Shown here piece after piece: positions 63,701 to 64,000 of a stretch of 64,000 nucleotides of DNA. Where the stretch lies: assembly GCA_964057225.1 (NCBI GenBank), contig OZ059897.1, forward strand, positions 14,508,001 to 14,572,000, given 5' to 3'. Numbering within the stretch: the first letter of the stretch is position 1; every line of letters starts with the position of its first letter. A program made the position numbers and the translations under genes. This stretch comes from Auanema rhodensis (lineage: Eukaryota > Animalia > Nematoda). Under the pieces are notes generated by a model. It was not told the DNA's origin. It did no database searches and saw only the letters and a list, made by a program, of their open reading frames with translations.

Positions 63701-64000
63701 CAAGCAATATAAGTTGAGGTTTTCAAAATGGCATAAAATAAACCTCTAAAAGACGTTTCTCACAGTCAGCAGTCATATCAGAATTATCAACATGCTTCAT
63801 TAAACACTCAAGCGTAGCTGTCTCAGAAACAGCATCCATGGAGCACACGCCATCAATTAAGGGACGGCAAGATGCATAAAGGACACGATCCACCTTGTAG
63901 TTGGAGCCAATATCGGCAACCTAACAAACTTTGTTTAGAAAAATAATGTAAATGTATTCACAAACCTTTACAACTTGAGATACTGCTTGAAGACACTGAG
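60734..64000 (-). CDS. GLG1: Golgi apparatus protein 1 (GLG1/ESL-1/cysteine-rich FGF receptor), 3' part; 5' end lies beyond the window
   Basis: Repeated GLG1 Cys-rich modules (DWTLDPQLYAAC, DINLDPSLHEACGIDIQRLCRDVPPG, ELDPKLDPSLYDAC, HGDVMECL). C-terminal TM and tail GCCCGRLTKRTHYELKNR*. Confidence 0.93.

Noticed and set aside
1-64000. Prokaryotic systems (CRISPR arrays, rRNA, intact transposases, prophage)
   Set aside because: The sequence is eukaryotic and spliced; no repeat-spacer array, rRNA or intact transposase/RT ORF was seen.

Overview
Eukaryotic, AT-rich, intron-dense DNA from a rhabditid-type nematode (many 40-50 nt introns, TTTTCAG-like trans-splice acceptors, operon-like gene packing). 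The ORF track shows only exon fragments, so gene models were spliced by hand from GT-AG introns. Genes from left to right: a minus-strand cluster of PRELI-domain, EMC5/MMGT1 and NDUFAF6 genes; a divergent VPS55/LEPROT gene with two alternative last exons; a DAF-37-like GPCR with ~16 kb of non-coding upstream DNA; tRNA-Pro(AGG); an MLT-10-family moulting gene; an MFS sugar-porter; RUS1/DUF647; PPWD1/cyn-15; cct-4; a 77-aa allatostatin-C/somatostatin-like neuropeptide precursor that the ORF track catches only in the wrong frame; a LIN-12/GLP-1 (Notch) family receptor; and the 3' part of GLG1. The most striking element is the Notch gene. It is an intact 15-exon, ~642-aa model with signal peptide, one degenerate LNR, an HD-like region, TM, RAM (VWFP), ankyrin repeats and a Ser/Thr/Pro tail, but no EGF repeats and no room upstream for them. 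Family assignments rest on recalled protein motifs; no database search was run.
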